Assembly (NCBI GenBank): GCA_034189385.1
Contig: JAXHVD010000003.1
Span: forward strand, 64,001-128,000
Length of the DNA stretch: 64,000 nt
Direction: 5' to 3'
Origin: Thermodesulfobacteriota bacterium
GTDB lineage: Bacteria > Desulfobacterota > Desulfobacteria > Desulfobacterales > C00003060
Shown here piece after piece: positions 35,654 through 46,194 of this stretch (within the stretch, counting starts at the first letter, position 1; each line of letters begins with the position of its first letter). The notes below the pieces were generated by a model. That model was not told where the DNA came from. It saw only the letters and a list, made by a program, of their open reading frames with translations, and ran no database searches. The translations under genes and the position numbers were made by a program.

Positions 35654-36027
35654 GCGCCTTCGACTGCTTAACAACCCCATGGCAGGGCTTTACTGGACAC
35701 AGGTTTATAACAGATCCTGCCATTGAGTTCTCATCGATCACTGCCCCCCTTGCTCTCAGCAATCCCCTGAAATTGCGGTAGAACGACTGGTTGGCGACGA
35801 CGATGTGCTTTTGCCAGTCTTATCAGTGCGGCTGCCGTAAATCCAAATCAGGACATAGGGTTGTCCTGCGGCTTGTCCCCTAACCACGTTTTTGTCTCGG
35901 AATGGCTACCCGGTTTCGACTTGAACCACGTTGAGGGATGGGGCTTTTCGTCCTTTCACCATGGTTGTTGTTGCCCTGGCCAAGCCACCCGCTTCAGAAC
36001 AGGAAATTGTAAGGAGAATATTATATT

Positions 36028-37377
36028 ATGTCTTTTGAGGATTTGAAGTTGGCTTTCCCTATCCTGAGAGCCCTTAAGGAATGCGGTTATACCACTCCCA
36101 CACCCGTCCAGGCCCGCTCTATCCCAAAGGTCCTGGCCGGACGGGACCTGATTGCCTCTGCCCAGACCGGCACGGGCAAGACCGCAGCCTTTGTATTGCC
36201 CGGCCTCCAGCGCCTGAGCGCTCCCACTGGGGACCGAAAACGCGGTCCCCGAGCGCTGGTGCTGACTCCTACCCGCGAGTTGGCTGAGCAGATCACGCAG
36301 TCAGCCCGCGTCTACGGCAAATACCTGCGTGTTACAAGCACTTCCATTGTGGGTGGCATGCCTTATCCCAAGCAACTCAGGGCATTGTCCAAGTCGCCCG
36401 ACCTGGTCATCGCAACCCCTGGGCGCCTCCTTGACCACCTGGAGCGCAGACGGATCAATCTCTCTAGTCTGGAACTACTGGTGCTGGACGAGGCCGATCG
36501 TATGCTCGATATGGGATTTATCGAGGACGTGGAGAGAATTGTTGCCAGTGCGCCAGCCCGACGCCAGACGCTCTTATTTGCGGCCACACTGAACAGCACC
36601 ATCGTCAAATTGGCTGGGCGAATCCTAGACAATCCAGAACGCGTTCAGATTGCGGCCATAAAGATCACCCATGAACGTATCGAACAGCGTCTGCACGTGG
36701 CCGATAACCTTGAGCATAAGCACCGCATGCTGAAGCACCTCATCTCTGACCCCGCCATGAAAAAGGCCATTATCTTCTCAGCCACCAAAAGGGACGCGGA
36801 TAATTTGGCCCGCGATCTTCACGCCCAGGGCCACGCCGCTTCTGCACTCCACGGCGACATGACCCAGAGTGCTAGAAATCGCACCATGAGCAACATGCGG
36901 CGGGGAAAAATCAGGCTGCTGGTGGCAACGGATGTGGCCGCACGGGGTATCGACGTGGCTGGTATCAGCCATATCATTAACTTTGATCTGCCAAAATGTG
37001 CTGAAGATTACGTCCACCGCATAGGCCGCACCGGCAGGGCCGGAGCCTCAGGTATCGCTATCTCCTTTGCATCCTCCAGGGAACTCAATGAGCTCTGCCG
37101 GATTGAACGCTATGTAGGCGAGACCCTGCCAGAGCACGTGGTCCCGGGGCTTGAACCCAGGCGTTCACTGCGGCACATGACGGTAAAAAGGAATGGAGGC
37201 TGGCAGCCGCGGGTTCAACGAAACGGGCGAAGGGCACGAACCTTTGGCAAAAAGGGCAGTGCCGTGACTGCCGGGTTCGCCAGAGACAAGAAAAGGGGAT
37301 TTCCAAAAAAGGAAAAGGAAGTGATCATAGAGTACCGTGACAGGAAAGAAAGTAGGCGGCAGAGGAGGGCGGGCTGA
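36028..37377 (+). CDS. DEAD-box RNA helicase (RhlE-like)
   Basis: Q motif, AQTGTGKT, PTRELA, TPGRLLD, LDEADRMLDMGF, ATDVAARGID, YVHRIGRTGRAG; basic C-terminal tail. Confidence 0.95.
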   Translation: MSFEDLKLAFPILRALKECGYTTPTPVQARSIPKVLAGRDLIASAQTGTGKTAAFVLPGLQRLSAPTGDRKRGPRALVLTPTRELAEQITQSARVYGKYLRVTSTSIVGGMPYPKQLRALSKSPDLVIATPGRLLDHLERRRINLSSLELLVLDEADRMLDMGFIEDVERIVASAPARRQTLLFAATLNSTIVKLAGRILDNPERVQIAAIKITHERIEQRLHVADNLEHKHRMLKHLISDPAMKKAIIFSATKRDADNLARDLHAQGHAASALHGDMTQSARNRTMSNMRRGKIRLLVATDVAARGIDVAGISHIINFDLPKCAEDYVHRIGRTGRAGASGIAISFASSRELNELCRIERYVGETLPEHVVPGLEPRRSLRHMTVKRNGGWQPRVQRNGRRARTFGKKGSAVTAGFARDKKRGFPKKEKEVIIEYRDRKESRRQRRAG

Positions 37378-37380
37378 GCC

Positions 37381-39189
37381 ATGGACCAGAAGTTGATTAG
37401 AAACATAGCCATAATAGCCCATGTAGATCACGGCAAGACTACCCTTGTGGACCAGTTCTTTAAGCAGAGCGGCATGTTTCGGGACAACCAAGCCATGACC
37501 GAACGGCTCATGGATTCCATGGACCTGGAGAGGGAACGGGGAATCACCATAGCCGCCAAGAACGGCTCTTTCCGGCACAGGGATTATGTGATCAATATTA
37601 TCGACACCCCGGGGCACGCCGATTTCGGCGGCCAGGTTGAGCGGGTGCTCCGCATGGCAGACGGCTGCCTGCTCCTAGTCGATGCCCAGGAAGGCCCCAT
37701 GCCGCAAACCTATTTCGTGCTGAAAAAGGCCCTGGCCATCTCCCTTCCAGTGCTGGTGGTGATCAACAAGATCGACAAGGCCGCGGCCCGGCCGCACTGG
37801 GCCATGGACCAGGTATTTGATCTCTTTGTCAAGCTGGAGGCACCGGATGAGCTGCTGGACTTCCCAGTGGTCTTTGCCTCAGCCAAGGCGGGGTATGCCC
37901 TAAACGATCCTGACGAGGCCATTGACGGTGCCTCCATGGTGCCGCTTTTTGAAAAGATCATCGCCCACATCCCGCCGCCCGCCGGGGACCCTCTGGACGT
38001 GCTCCAGCTCCAGGTGAATACCATTGATTACTCCCCTTATCTGGGCAAGCTCGGCATCGGCAAGGTGGCAAACGGCTCCATGAATATCAATCAGGATGTT
38101 GCGGTGGCAAAGCGGGACGGCAGCCTGGCACCGGCCCGCATCACCAAGATATTTCGCTTTGAGCGAGACCGGAAAGTACCCATCGACACAGCCAGGGCAG
38201 GGGAGATTGTGGCCGTGGCCGGCATGGACGACATCACCGTGGGCGTTACCTTTACCGACCCGGAGGACCCCAGGCCCCTGCCCCTTATCCATATCGACCC
38301 CCCCACCGTAGGGATGCATTTCATCCCCAACGATTCTCCCTTTGCCGGCCAGGAGAGCGAATTTGTCACCTCCCGCCACCTGGAAGAACGTCTCTTCCGG
38401 GAGACCCTGGCCGACGTGGCCCTCACCGTGGAATCCCTGGGAGCCGGGGCCGGTTTCAAGGTTTCCGGCCGCGGAGAGTTGCACCTTTCCATCCTCATCG
38501 AAAAGATGCGGCGAGAAGGGTACGAGTTCCAGGTGACCAGGCCCCAAGTCATCATGAAGGAAGAAGGGGGCCAGCTTCAGGAGCCTTTTGAGGAGCTCAC
38601 CATTGACGTGGACGAAGAGTACCAGGGTGCAGTCATTGAAAAGCTTGGCAGACTGAAAGGGCAGATGCTGGAGATGCACTGCCGCAACCACATCGTCCGG
38701 GTAGTCTACAAGGTTCCCACCCGCGGACTTATCGGCTTTCGGAGCGAATTTCTCACAGACACCAGGGGTACGGGCGTGATGAATTATGTCTTTGCCGGCT
38801 ACGGCCCCTTTGCGGGCGAGATCATAAACCGGAGCAGCGGCGTCCTTGTGGTCAAGGAGGCCTGCACCACCGTGGCCTATGCGCTCTTTAACCTCCAGGA
38901 GCGGGGGCGTCTTTTCCTGGGCCCAGGGGTCAAGGTCTACGGTGGCCAGATCATCGGTGAGCACTGCCGGACCGGCGATCTAGTGGTGAACCCCGCCAAA
39001 GGGAAGAAGCTCACGAACATGCGTGCGGCAGGATCTGATGAAAACGTCATCCTCACACCACCCCACCGCCTCAGCCTTGAGGACTGTCTTGCCTTTATCA
39101 ACGATGATGAACTGGTGGAGGTAACCCCAGCCGCCATTCGGCTGCGCGAGCGAAACGCATTCGTTCGGGAAAACGGCCCACGAAGCTGA
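37381..39189 (+). CDS. typA: translational GTPase TypA/BipA
   Basis: [71 protein letters not shown]. Confidence 0.97.
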   Translation: MDQKLIRNIAIIAHVDHGKTTLVDQFFKQSGMFRDNQAMTERLMDSMDLERERGITIAAKNGSFRHRDYVINIIDTPGHADFGGQVERVLRMADGCLLLVDAQEGPMPQTYFVLKKALAISLPVLVVINKIDKAAARPHWAMDQVFDLFVKLEAPDELLDFPVVFASAKAGYALNDPDEAIDGASMVPLFEKIIAHIPPPAGDPLDVLQLQVNTIDYSPYLGKLGIGKVANGSMNINQDVAVAKRDGSLAPARITKIFRFERDRKVPIDTARAGEIVAVAGMDDITVGVTFTDPEDPRPLPLIHIDPPTVGMHFIPNDSPFAGQESEFVTSRHLEERLFRETLADVALTVESLGAGAGFKVSGRGELHLSILIEKMRREGYEFQVTRPQVIMKEEGGQLQEPFEELTIDVDEEYQGAVIEKLGRLKGQMLEMHCRNHIVRVVYKVPTRGLIGFRSEFLTDTRGTGVMNYVFAGYGPFAGEIINRSSGVLVVKEACTTVAYALFNLQERGRLFLGPGVKVYGGQIIGEHCRTGDLVVNPAKGKKLTNMRAAGSDENVILTPPHRLSLEDCLAFINDDELVEVTPAAIRLRERNAFVRENGPRS

Positions 39190-39344
39190 CTATGTTAAAC
39201 CGCAGCGACCCCCATGCCCGCTTCTCTCCATACCGCGCGGGGTCGAGGTTCTTCTTCTTAGCGGCTGCAACGTAGACGTGAAAGTTAACGAGATTCTGGA
39301 CCGGGGCCTCAAGGAACGAGTAGCAAGAAAGGGAAGACGGCTTC

Positions 39345-39803
39345 TTACGAAACCGTCAAAACTGTAATCGCCTCAACTGCCTGGTCTGGCGTGGTGACAT
39401 ATTGGATCCCTTTCATATCAGGCCATGTGTGGAGTCCAATGACCGGCTTTCCCAGTTTCAGCCCAATACTGATCTCAGACAGGGTGCCATAGCCCCCTGA
39501 GACGGCGACCAGGATATCTGCCGTTCTTACGATCAATATGTTTCGGGCATGACCCAGGTCTGTCACGATGGGGATCATGACATAGGGATTAGCCTCACCC
39601 CTGTCAGCCCCTGGAAGGATGCCCACGGTCTGTCCGCCTGCCTCATAGGCCCCCTGGCAAGCCCCTTCCATGACGCCGCCCAAGCCGCCACAGACCAGAG
39701 TGGCACCGGTCTCTGCGATGCCGGCCCCGACCCTTCTTGCCTGCTCATAAACCGTCTCATCGCAGTGGCCTGCCCCGATCACGCCGATCATTCTCATGGC
39801 CAT
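39345..39803 (-). CDS. TIGR00725 family protein (LOG/Rossmann-like)
   Basis: IGVIGA, VCGGLGGVME, GILPG, ARN, GGYGTLSEI. Confidence 0.9.
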   Translation of the reverse strand: MAMRMIGVIGAGHCDETVYEQARRVGAGIAETGATLVCGGLGGVMEGACQGAYEAGGQTVGILPGADRGEANPYVMIPIVTDLGHARNILIVRTADILVAVSGGYGTLSEISIGLKLGKPVIGLHTWPDMKGIQYVTTPDQAVEAITVLTVS

Positions 39804-39890
39804 CTCCTTTCCTTTCTTCTCCTTGACGGAGTGGTAGCGGCCTGGGTACCTTAGCCCGAGGGTGGCCCCTTAGCACCGCCGAGCCAAGAC

Positions 39891-41228
39891 ATGGAGAAAG
39901 ACGCCCCTCACATCCTTTTGATCAATCCCTGGATTCATGATTTCGCGGCCTATGATTTCTGGGCCAAACCGCTGGGGCTGCTGACGATTGCGGCCATCCT
40001 GCACACCCAGGGCTACAGCATCACCTACATTGACTGTCTGGATCGCTTTCATCCAGAGTTGCCTCCATCCCAGAAGACGGGCGCGTTCGGCAAGGGACAT
40101 TACCTTAAAAGCCCCATCCCCAAACCTGACACCCTGCCCGACGTTGCTCGCACCTACAGCCGTTACGGTATTCCAGAGGCCCCTTTTCGAAAAAGCTTGG
40201 AGCAGGGACCCAAGCCTGATGTGGTCTTGGTGACCTCTCTCATGACGTACTGGTATCCAGGTGTCTTTGCCGTCATCAAGATCGTCCGTGAAATGATGCC
40301 CGAAGTCCCCGTGCTGCTCGGAGGCATCTATGCCACCTTGTGCCACGACCATGCGGTCAAATATGCCGGTGCCGACCAGGTCCTTGCCGGCGCCGATGAG
40401 GGCGCCCTTTTGGATCTCCTTGACCGCATGACCGGCTATAGGACCAGACGTCAGTTTGTCCCTAACGACCTGGATACCTATCCCTATCCGGCCTTTGATC
40501 TGCAACACGCGATCTCCTATATTCCCATCCTCACGAGCCGCGGCTGCCCCTTTCGTTGTGCCTACTGTGCCTCAGGATTTCTGAACAGCCGATTCACCCG
40601 AAGGTCCCCTGACCATGTGATAGAGGAGATTGTATACTGGCACGAAAAGCATTCTGTCAAAGATTTTGCCTTCTATGATGACGCCCTTCTCATTGACGGG
40701 GACCATCACATCATGCCAATCTTGGAAGGGGTCATAAGGCGCGGAATCTCCGTGCGGTTTCACACGCCCAATGCCTTGCACATCAGGCCCATCACGAAAG
40801 AGATCGCAGATTTACTCTTTCGTGCAGGATTCGAAACGATCCGCCTCGGCCTGGAAACCGCCTTTTTTGACCATAGAGAAACCCTGGACAGCAAGGTGGG
40901 GCCCAGGGAATTTGAGCGGGCAGTGCGTTTATTGAAGAAGGCAGGCTTTCAAGAAGGGCAGATGGGCGCCTATCTCCTGTTCGGCCTACCAGGACAGGAC
41001 CTTGAAGAACTGAAGGCATCCATAAAGATCGTAAAAGGCTATGGGGTAAGGCCGGTGCTGGCCCAGTATTCGCCCATTCCCCACACGACGCTCTGGAAAG
41101 ATGCTGTCACCGCATCGCGCTATGACCTGGCCTCAGATCCCCTGTTTCACAACAATTCCATCTTCCCTTGTCAGAAAGAACCCTTCTCCTGGGAAAAGGT
41201 GGCCTTGCTGAAAAGGCTGACACAGTAA
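39891..41228 (+). CDS. B12-binding domain radical SAM protein
   Basis: LLINPWIHDFAAYDFW.KPLGLL, TSLMTYWYPG, LGGIYATL, TSRGCPFRCAYC, FYDDALL, FHTPNALH. Confidence 0.9.
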   Translation: MEKDAPHILLINPWIHDFAAYDFWAKPLGLLTIAAILHTQGYSITYIDCLDRFHPELPPSQKTGAFGKGHYLKSPIPKPDTLPDVARTYSRYGIPEAPFRKSLEQGPKPDVVLVTSLMTYWYPGVFAVIKIVREMMPEVPVLLGGIYATLCHDHAVKYAGADQVLAGADEGALLDLLDRMTGYRTRRQFVPNDLDTYPYPAFDLQHAISYIPILTSRGCPFRCAYCASGFLNSRFTRRSPDHVIEEIVYWHEKHSVKDFAFYDDALLIDGDHHIMPILEGVIRRGISVRFHTPNALHIRPITKEIADLLFRAGFETIRLGLETAFFDHRETLDSKVGPREFERAVRLLKKAGFQEGQMGAYLLFGLPGQDLEELKASIKIVKGYGVRPVLAQYSPIPHTTLWKDAVTASRYDLASDPLFHNNSIFPCQKEPFSWEKVALLKRLTQ

Positions 41229-41253
41229 CTGAACGAAAGGCCTCACTGAAAGA

Positions 41254-41490
41254 TCAAGTCTCGCACCCATATCAACCATTTGAAATAAAAGCTAAAAGCA
41301 TACCGAGGTTTCTAGGAAAAGGCAGGGTATTCTATGCAACAGAAGCCTCGGGATGGGGGAAATCCGCTTCGCTTCGGCCTCCAATGCCTTTTGGTAGCCG
41401 TGAGGAGATTGTGGGTGGCAGGTGTTGCCAAATCCGGGGGCGCAAGTCCTGATCGGCCTGCAGTTAGAGGAAACGAGAGGTGCGACTTGA
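41254..41490. mobile_element. possible MITE-like non-coding element
   Basis: Imperfect terminal inverted repeats tcaagtc(tc)gcacc ... ggtgcgacttga and an IHF-consensus TATCAACCATTTG inside the left end; lies between convergent genes. Confidence 0.3.
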
Positions 41491-41559
41491 GTTTCTTATT
41501 TTGTTCAGAGCCGCTGTAAGGAGTTTTGATTTGGGCTAGAGCTCGATGAGCCGAAGGGC

Positions 41560-42546
41560 TTAACGAAAGACCTCCTTTACAGCCCGGAGGACCTGGTCGT
41601 GCAGCCCACCGTTCGTCACCACAATACCCCTATTGCTGGTCAGCCTTCTTCCCAAAGAAAAATCCAGGGGCTTTCCCTCCATGTCCGTCACCGTGCCCCC
41701 TGCCTCTTCCACAATGATGGAGCCGGCGGCATGATCCCAAACGGTTTCCATGTAAAATTGCCTAGTGGGAAGACGAAGGTAGATGGCGGCGTCTCCCCTG
41801 GCCACAATACCGTATTTACACTGGCTGTCCATACGCACAGGGGGCTTGGTGATTCCCAGGCGTTCTGCTATCTGGGCGCTTTCTTGGTGTGCGGAGTGGG
41901 CAGATTCAACGGATTCGCAGAACTGGACGTCAGCGGACCGATTGGCCTTAACCACTTCAATCTTTTGTTCCACAGGATCTTTAAACCGTCGCATGGCCGC
42001 GCCCTCTCCCCTAACCGCAACAAAGAGGCAGCCTTTTTCATCCTCTCTTTCACCGCCATGAAGGGGCAGGTTTGGACATCCCAGCACGCCGACAACGACC
42101 TCGCCGTCTTCGACCAGGGCCAGGGCCACCGCATATTGGCCACCCCTTAGGAAGCCCTTGGTCCCGTCTATGGGATCAAGGGCCCAGAACCGTCCCTTGG
42201 CTCCTCCCTTGCCGGCACCGCGATCTATGGCGGCTAACGCCTCAGTGTCAGACAGCTTGGGGATGATGCGTCGGACATGATCAGTCACCAGGTCTCTCAG
42301 CCCAGCATTCTCTTTCTCTCGCAGCATGCCGGAGGCCTCTTCAGCCATCAAAGGATCCTTTGGAAAGGAAAGGGCCAGATAGTGGCTAATTACTGCCTGG
42401 GCACCAAAATCGGCAATCGTCACAGGTGATCGGTCCTTCTTCTCCAACACCTTATGGGGATCAAAAGTAGCGCGCACGGCCTCGCAGAGCGTGCAGGCAC
42501 GAATAACCGATGCAATGGCGACCTTGCGTTCTAATTCGTAGGGCAT
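41560..42546 (-). CDS. 3'(2'),5'-bisphosphate nucleotidase (HAL2/MET22-like)
   Basis: KKDRSPVTIADFGAQA, AEE, WALDPIDGTKGFLRG.QYAVALA, GCPNL, ESVESAHS, DSQCKY, WDHAAG. Confidence 0.92.
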   Translation of the reverse strand: MPYELERKVAIASVIRACTLCEAVRATFDPHKVLEKKDRSPVTIADFGAQAVISHYLALSFPKDPLMAEEASGMLREKENAGLRDLVTDHVRRIIPKLSDTEALAAIDRGAGKGGAKGRFWALDPIDGTKGFLRGGQYAVALALVEDGEVVVGVLGCPNLPLHGGEREDEKGCLFVAVRGEGAAMRRFKDPVEQKIEVVKANRSADVQFCESVESAHSAHQESAQIAERLGITKPPVRMDSQCKYGIVARGDAAIYLRLPTRQFYMETVWDHAAGSIIVEEAGGTVTDMEGKPLDFSLGRRLTSNRGIVVTNGGLHDQVLRAVKEVFR

Positions 42547-42571
42547 GTAACCTCACTCCTTTTTTTGCCCA

Positions 42572-43375
42572 TTAGACCTTGGCGTGGGCCTCCACATAAG
42601 ATCGAACAGTGGAATAGACCCTTGACACCTTTTCACAGGCAGGCAGGGCATCTCGGATCATCTCCAAGTATCCTCTTTCGAGGATGATTTGAAATGTGCG
42701 AGGGAAGTTCACGTCATAGACCCAGGCCATTTGCAGGACCTTAAAGTCGTTTACCGTTCTAAGGGATTCGAGCCGCACAATCCGACCGGCCAGGAGATCT
42801 TCGCATACTTCGTCCGAAATTTCAGGCCTGTGGGGCAGACCAAGGTCTATGGCGCCGTTTTGCTCTTCCTCCTTTTGGCCATAATGCTCAGTGACCACCC
42901 GCCAGATGTCAACCTTGTCGGCATCCCGGAGCAGTTTGGTGAAAAAGAGACACTCCTCGGTCTCCCTTTTCGGAAGGCCCAAACGGTTATGATAGGAAAT
43001 AACCCTTAAGATCAGGTTACGGGTTGGCCGATCAACATCCTTTAACACGCTGTACTTGTGCAAGATCCTCATACCAAGCATGGCATGGTCTTCAGAATCC
43101 TTGTCCGAAAAGGTCCTGTAACGAGCATACTGTTCAAATCGACCCACATCATGAAAAAGGGCCATCACTTCTGCCAGGCAAAGGCTTTCAGCCCCGAGTG
43201 ACAGGCTCTTTCCGATGTCCAGGATTGCCGCGCAAACCCGCCTGGTGTGCTCGTCTTTGAGGTCTATGTTCCGTGTCTGTTCACGATCTCCAGCTCGAAA
43301 AGTCTGCACATATTCTGAAAACCATTTCCTCAATGCCACAATGTCCAACCCATCCATAATGAGCCTCGTACCCAT
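42572..43375 (-). CDS. HD domain protein
   Basis: LKDEHT.RV, FHDVGRFEQY..Y.TF.D..S.DHA, HN, RDADKVDI. Confidence 0.88.
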   Translation of the reverse strand: MGTRLIMDGLDIVALRKWFSEYVQTFRAGDREQTRNIDLKDEHTRRVCAAILDIGKSLSLGAESLCLAEVMALFHDVGRFEQYARYRTFSDKDSEDHAMLGMRILHKYSVLKDVDRPTRNLILRVISYHNRLGLPKRETEECLFFTKLLRDADKVDIWRVVTEHYGQKEEEQNGAIDLGLPHRPEISDEVCEDLLAGRIVRLESLRTVNDFKVLQMAWVYDVNFPRTFQIILERGYLEMIRDALPACEKVSRVYSTVRSYVEAHAKV

Positions 43376-43584
43376 GTCCGCCTATTCCTATCTCCAGCCA
43401 ACCGTCCATTGCCAACGACATGGCACCTTACCCTATGGCGGAGCATCTGTTCAAATCTTTTCTAGGGCTGCGGACGGGAAAGCTATCTTTCAGCACTCTT
43501 TTGACGATAAAGGGTTCGCCCGTGTTGACAGCCAACTGCTATCCCGCTATTCTGCATTTATATAGACGTCTTGGGAGGTGAGGA

Positions 43585-45159
43585 ATGAAGGTAAGTAGGG
43601 TCTCAGAGATGAGAGAACTGGACCGGACCGCCATTGAAAAATACGGCATCATCGAAGAACTGCTGATGGAAAATGCCGGAGAGGCGCTCTATTTTGTCAT
43701 GCTCAAGGAATTCGGCATAAGGGGCAAGAAGTTTGTCGTCTTTTGCGGTATCGGCAACAACGGTGGCGACGGATTCGTCATTGCCAGGAAGATCCATTCC
43801 AGTGGCGGATCGGTCAAGGTCTTCATCCTGGGCGATCCTGCCAAATATAAAGGTGCGGCCAAACGGAACCTGGAGATCGTCTCCGGGCTGCCCATTGATG
43901 TGCAGGGCCTGGAGTCGGCAGAATCGATCAGACCAGAGGTTTTCCATTGCCAAGGGGTCGTGGACGCCATCTTTGGCACTGGTCTCACACGGGATGTAGG
44001 AGGACTTTACGCCGATGTGATTGAACTGATCAATCAAAGCAAGAAGACGGTCTTTAGCGCCGATATCCCCTCCGGTGTACATGGTGACACAGGCCAAGTG
44101 ATGGGTGTTTCCGTAAAGGCCCATTACACCGTGACTTTTGGACTGCCCAAGATAGGCAATCTGCTTTTCCCGGGATATGGGCTCGGCGGCAAGCTCTACG
44201 TGACGAACATATCCTTTCCTCCCTCCATGTACAACACAGACGCCATGAAAATCGAGACAAGCCTTCCGGCAAAGCCTCCCCCCCGGAATAGAAGCGGTCA
44301 TAAAGGAACATTTGGAGACGTCTTGTTCATTGCCGGCGCTTCCACCTATTTTGGGGCGCCCTATTTTGCGGCCCTCTCTTTTCTAAAGGCCGGCGGCGGG
44401 TACTCTCGCCTTGCCGCTCCGGCGTCTATGACCCCTTTCATCGCCAACAAGGCAAGTGAAATTGTTTTTGTGCCCCAGAAAGAAACAGCAACAGGAACGA
44501 TCTCCCTTGAGAACAAGGCCGCCTTGCTGGAACTGGCAGATAAAGTGGACATGGTGGTTCTAGGGCCTGGTTTGTCCTTAGAGGAAGAGACCCTAGAGCT
44601 GGTAAGGACGCTTGCAAAGGACATCAACAAGCCCTTGCTGGTAGACGGAGACGGCATTACAGCTTTGTGCAGAGATCTTAAGATTATAAAAGAAAGAAAG
44701 GCCGAGACCGTTCTCACCCCTCATCTAGGTGAGATGGCCAGGATCACGAACATGACGGTGCCCGACGTTGACCTTGGGAAAATAGATGTCCTGCAGCGTA
44801 CTGCCAGGGATTTGAACGCCATGATCGTCTTAAAGGGTGCCCACTCTCTCATAGGATCTCCTAATGAAAGGGTCTTCATCAACATGAGCGGGAACTCTGG
44901 GATGGCAACAGCAGGTTCAGGCGACGTCTTGACAGGGACCATTGCTGCCATGTTCGGCCTGGGGCTGCCCCTTGAGGATGCTGTAAGAAAGGCGGTGTTC
45001 CTCCACGGCCTTTCAGGGGATCTGGCAGCAGAAGACGAGGGCGAAGACGGCATCACGGCCCAGGACATTTTGCAATACTTGCCCCTTGCCGTGAAGATAG
45101 ACCGGGAGGGCCTGGATAAAAACCTCCAGGACCGCTATGTGGGGGCGCGCGTCATATAG
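43585..45159 (+). CDS. nnr: bifunctional NAD(P)HX epimerase / dehydratase
   Basis: LMENAG, GNNGGDG, DAIFGTG, DIPSG; HKGTFG, GPGL, LTPHLGEM, LKGA, ATAGSGDVLTG. Confidence 0.95.
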   Translation: MKVSRVSEMRELDRTAIEKYGIIEELLMENAGEALYFVMLKEFGIRGKKFVVFCGIGNNGGDGFVIARKIHSSGGSVKVFILGDPAKYKGAAKRNLEIVSGLPIDVQGLESAESIRPEVFHCQGVVDAIFGTGLTRDVGGLYADVIELINQSKKTVFSADIPSGVHGDTGQVMGVSVKAHYTVTFGLPKIGNLLFPGYGLGGKLYVTNISFPPSMYNTDAMKIETSLPAKPPPRNRSGHKGTFGDVLFIAGASTYFGAPYFAALSFLKAGGGYSRLAAPASMTPFIANKASEIVFVPQKETATGTISLENKAALLELADKVDMVVLGPGLSLEEETLELVRTLAKDINKPLLVDGDGITALCRDLKIIKERKAETVLTPHLGEMARITNMTVPDVDLGKIDVLQRTARDLNAMIVLKGAHSLIGSPNERVFINMSGNSGMATAGSGDVLTGTIAAMFGLGLPLEDAVRKAVFLHGLSGDLAAEDEGEDGITAQDILQYLPLAVKIDREGLDKNLQDRYVGARVI

Positions 45160-45292
45160 GTGTGGGCGGACCGGGGAATCCAGACAAGGAAATGGATGCC
45201 AGATCAAGCCCGGCATGATCCATCCTACGAGGGTACTTGCTGGAGACATCTGTCATGACAAAAAGCCGGACGCTACGGTGGGGATAACATCC

Positions 45293-46180
45293 ATGCCCGA
45301 GCCTACCTCTTCAATTCCTACCAAAGAGATCTTCAGGGCAGCCGAAAAACTGCCTCCTTTTCCGGGAGTCATCTGGAAAGTCATGTCCTTGCTGCGCAAC
45401 AAAGCGCCCGTGAAGGAAATTGAGGAGATCATCAAGGTCGATCAGGCCATTGCAGCCAAGGTACTGGCCATGAGTCGGTCTGCGTTTTATGCGAGGAAAT
45501 ATCCGACAACTTCTCTCAAGGACGCCATAGTCGCTCTGGGAGAGCAAGAGCTGACACGCCTTGTCATGGCAGCTTGTGCGGCCCGCTATTTTGAGACAGA
45601 GCTTTCGGGATACGAGCTAAGAGAAGGAGAGCTTTGGCAACATGCCGTGGCCACCGCCATGATCTCTGAAACGGTGGCAAGGGGCTTTGAAAAGAGAAGG
45701 GCCCTCACCGTGTACACGGCGGCATTGCTCCACGACATTGGCAAGGCGGTCCTGAGTCTCTACGTGAAAACGTACATGGATGCCATGGTGATCCTGATGA
45801 GCAGAAAGCGGGTCGGGATGCTCGAGGCCGAGCGCAAGATCTTTGGCGTGGATCACGAACAACTGGGAGAAATAATCGCCAAAGGCTGGCGATTTCCCGA
45901 AGAAGTGGTCGTTGGCATCGGCTATCATCATCGTCCCAAAGAGGCGACAGCACATCAGGACATCGCAGCCGCCGTCTATGTGGCCAACAGGGCTGCCACC
46001 GCTTTGGGCTATGGGTGCGGAATGGAAAGGCTTGTGGAGTCCTATGACCACGAGATCTACGGAACCCTTGGGATTACCTCCCAGTCAGTGGACCGGTTCT
46101 GTACGGAGATAGCTGGTGCCACAGGGGGGATGAAAGATCTCTTTAGGGACAAGGAGTCCATGGGCCCCTCGACTCCTTAA
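45293..46180 (+). CDS. HDOD domain protein
   Basis: LPPFP, DQAIAAKVL...SAFY, AIVALG, LWQHAV, ALLHDIGK, GVDH..LG...W.FP, YHH.P. Confidence 0.9.
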   Translation: MPEPTSSIPTKEIFRAAEKLPPFPGVIWKVMSLLRNKAPVKEIEEIIKVDQAIAAKVLAMSRSAFYARKYPTTSLKDAIVALGEQELTRLVMAACAARYFETELSGYELREGELWQHAVATAMISETVARGFEKRRALTVYTAALLHDIGKAVLSLYVKTYMDAMVILMSRKRVGMLEAERKIFGVDHEQLGEIIAKGWRFPEEVVVGIGYHHRPKEATAHQDIAAAVYVANRAATALGYGCGMERLVESYDHEIYGTLGITSQSVDRFCTEIAGATGGMKDLFRDKESMGPSTP

Positions 46181-46194
46181 ACCCTGTTCTCCAA

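Noticed and set aside
37900..38964. 354-aa minus-strand ORF and similar long antisense ORFs (e.g. 27054-27782, 31283-32047, 39870-40508, 43603-44301)
   Set aside because: Antisense shadows of well-supported genes, with no motifs of their own.
39190..39280. Structured ncRNA after typA
   Set aside because: Interrupted hairpin (cgacccc/ggggtcg) between convergent genes is adequately explained as a terminator-like structure.
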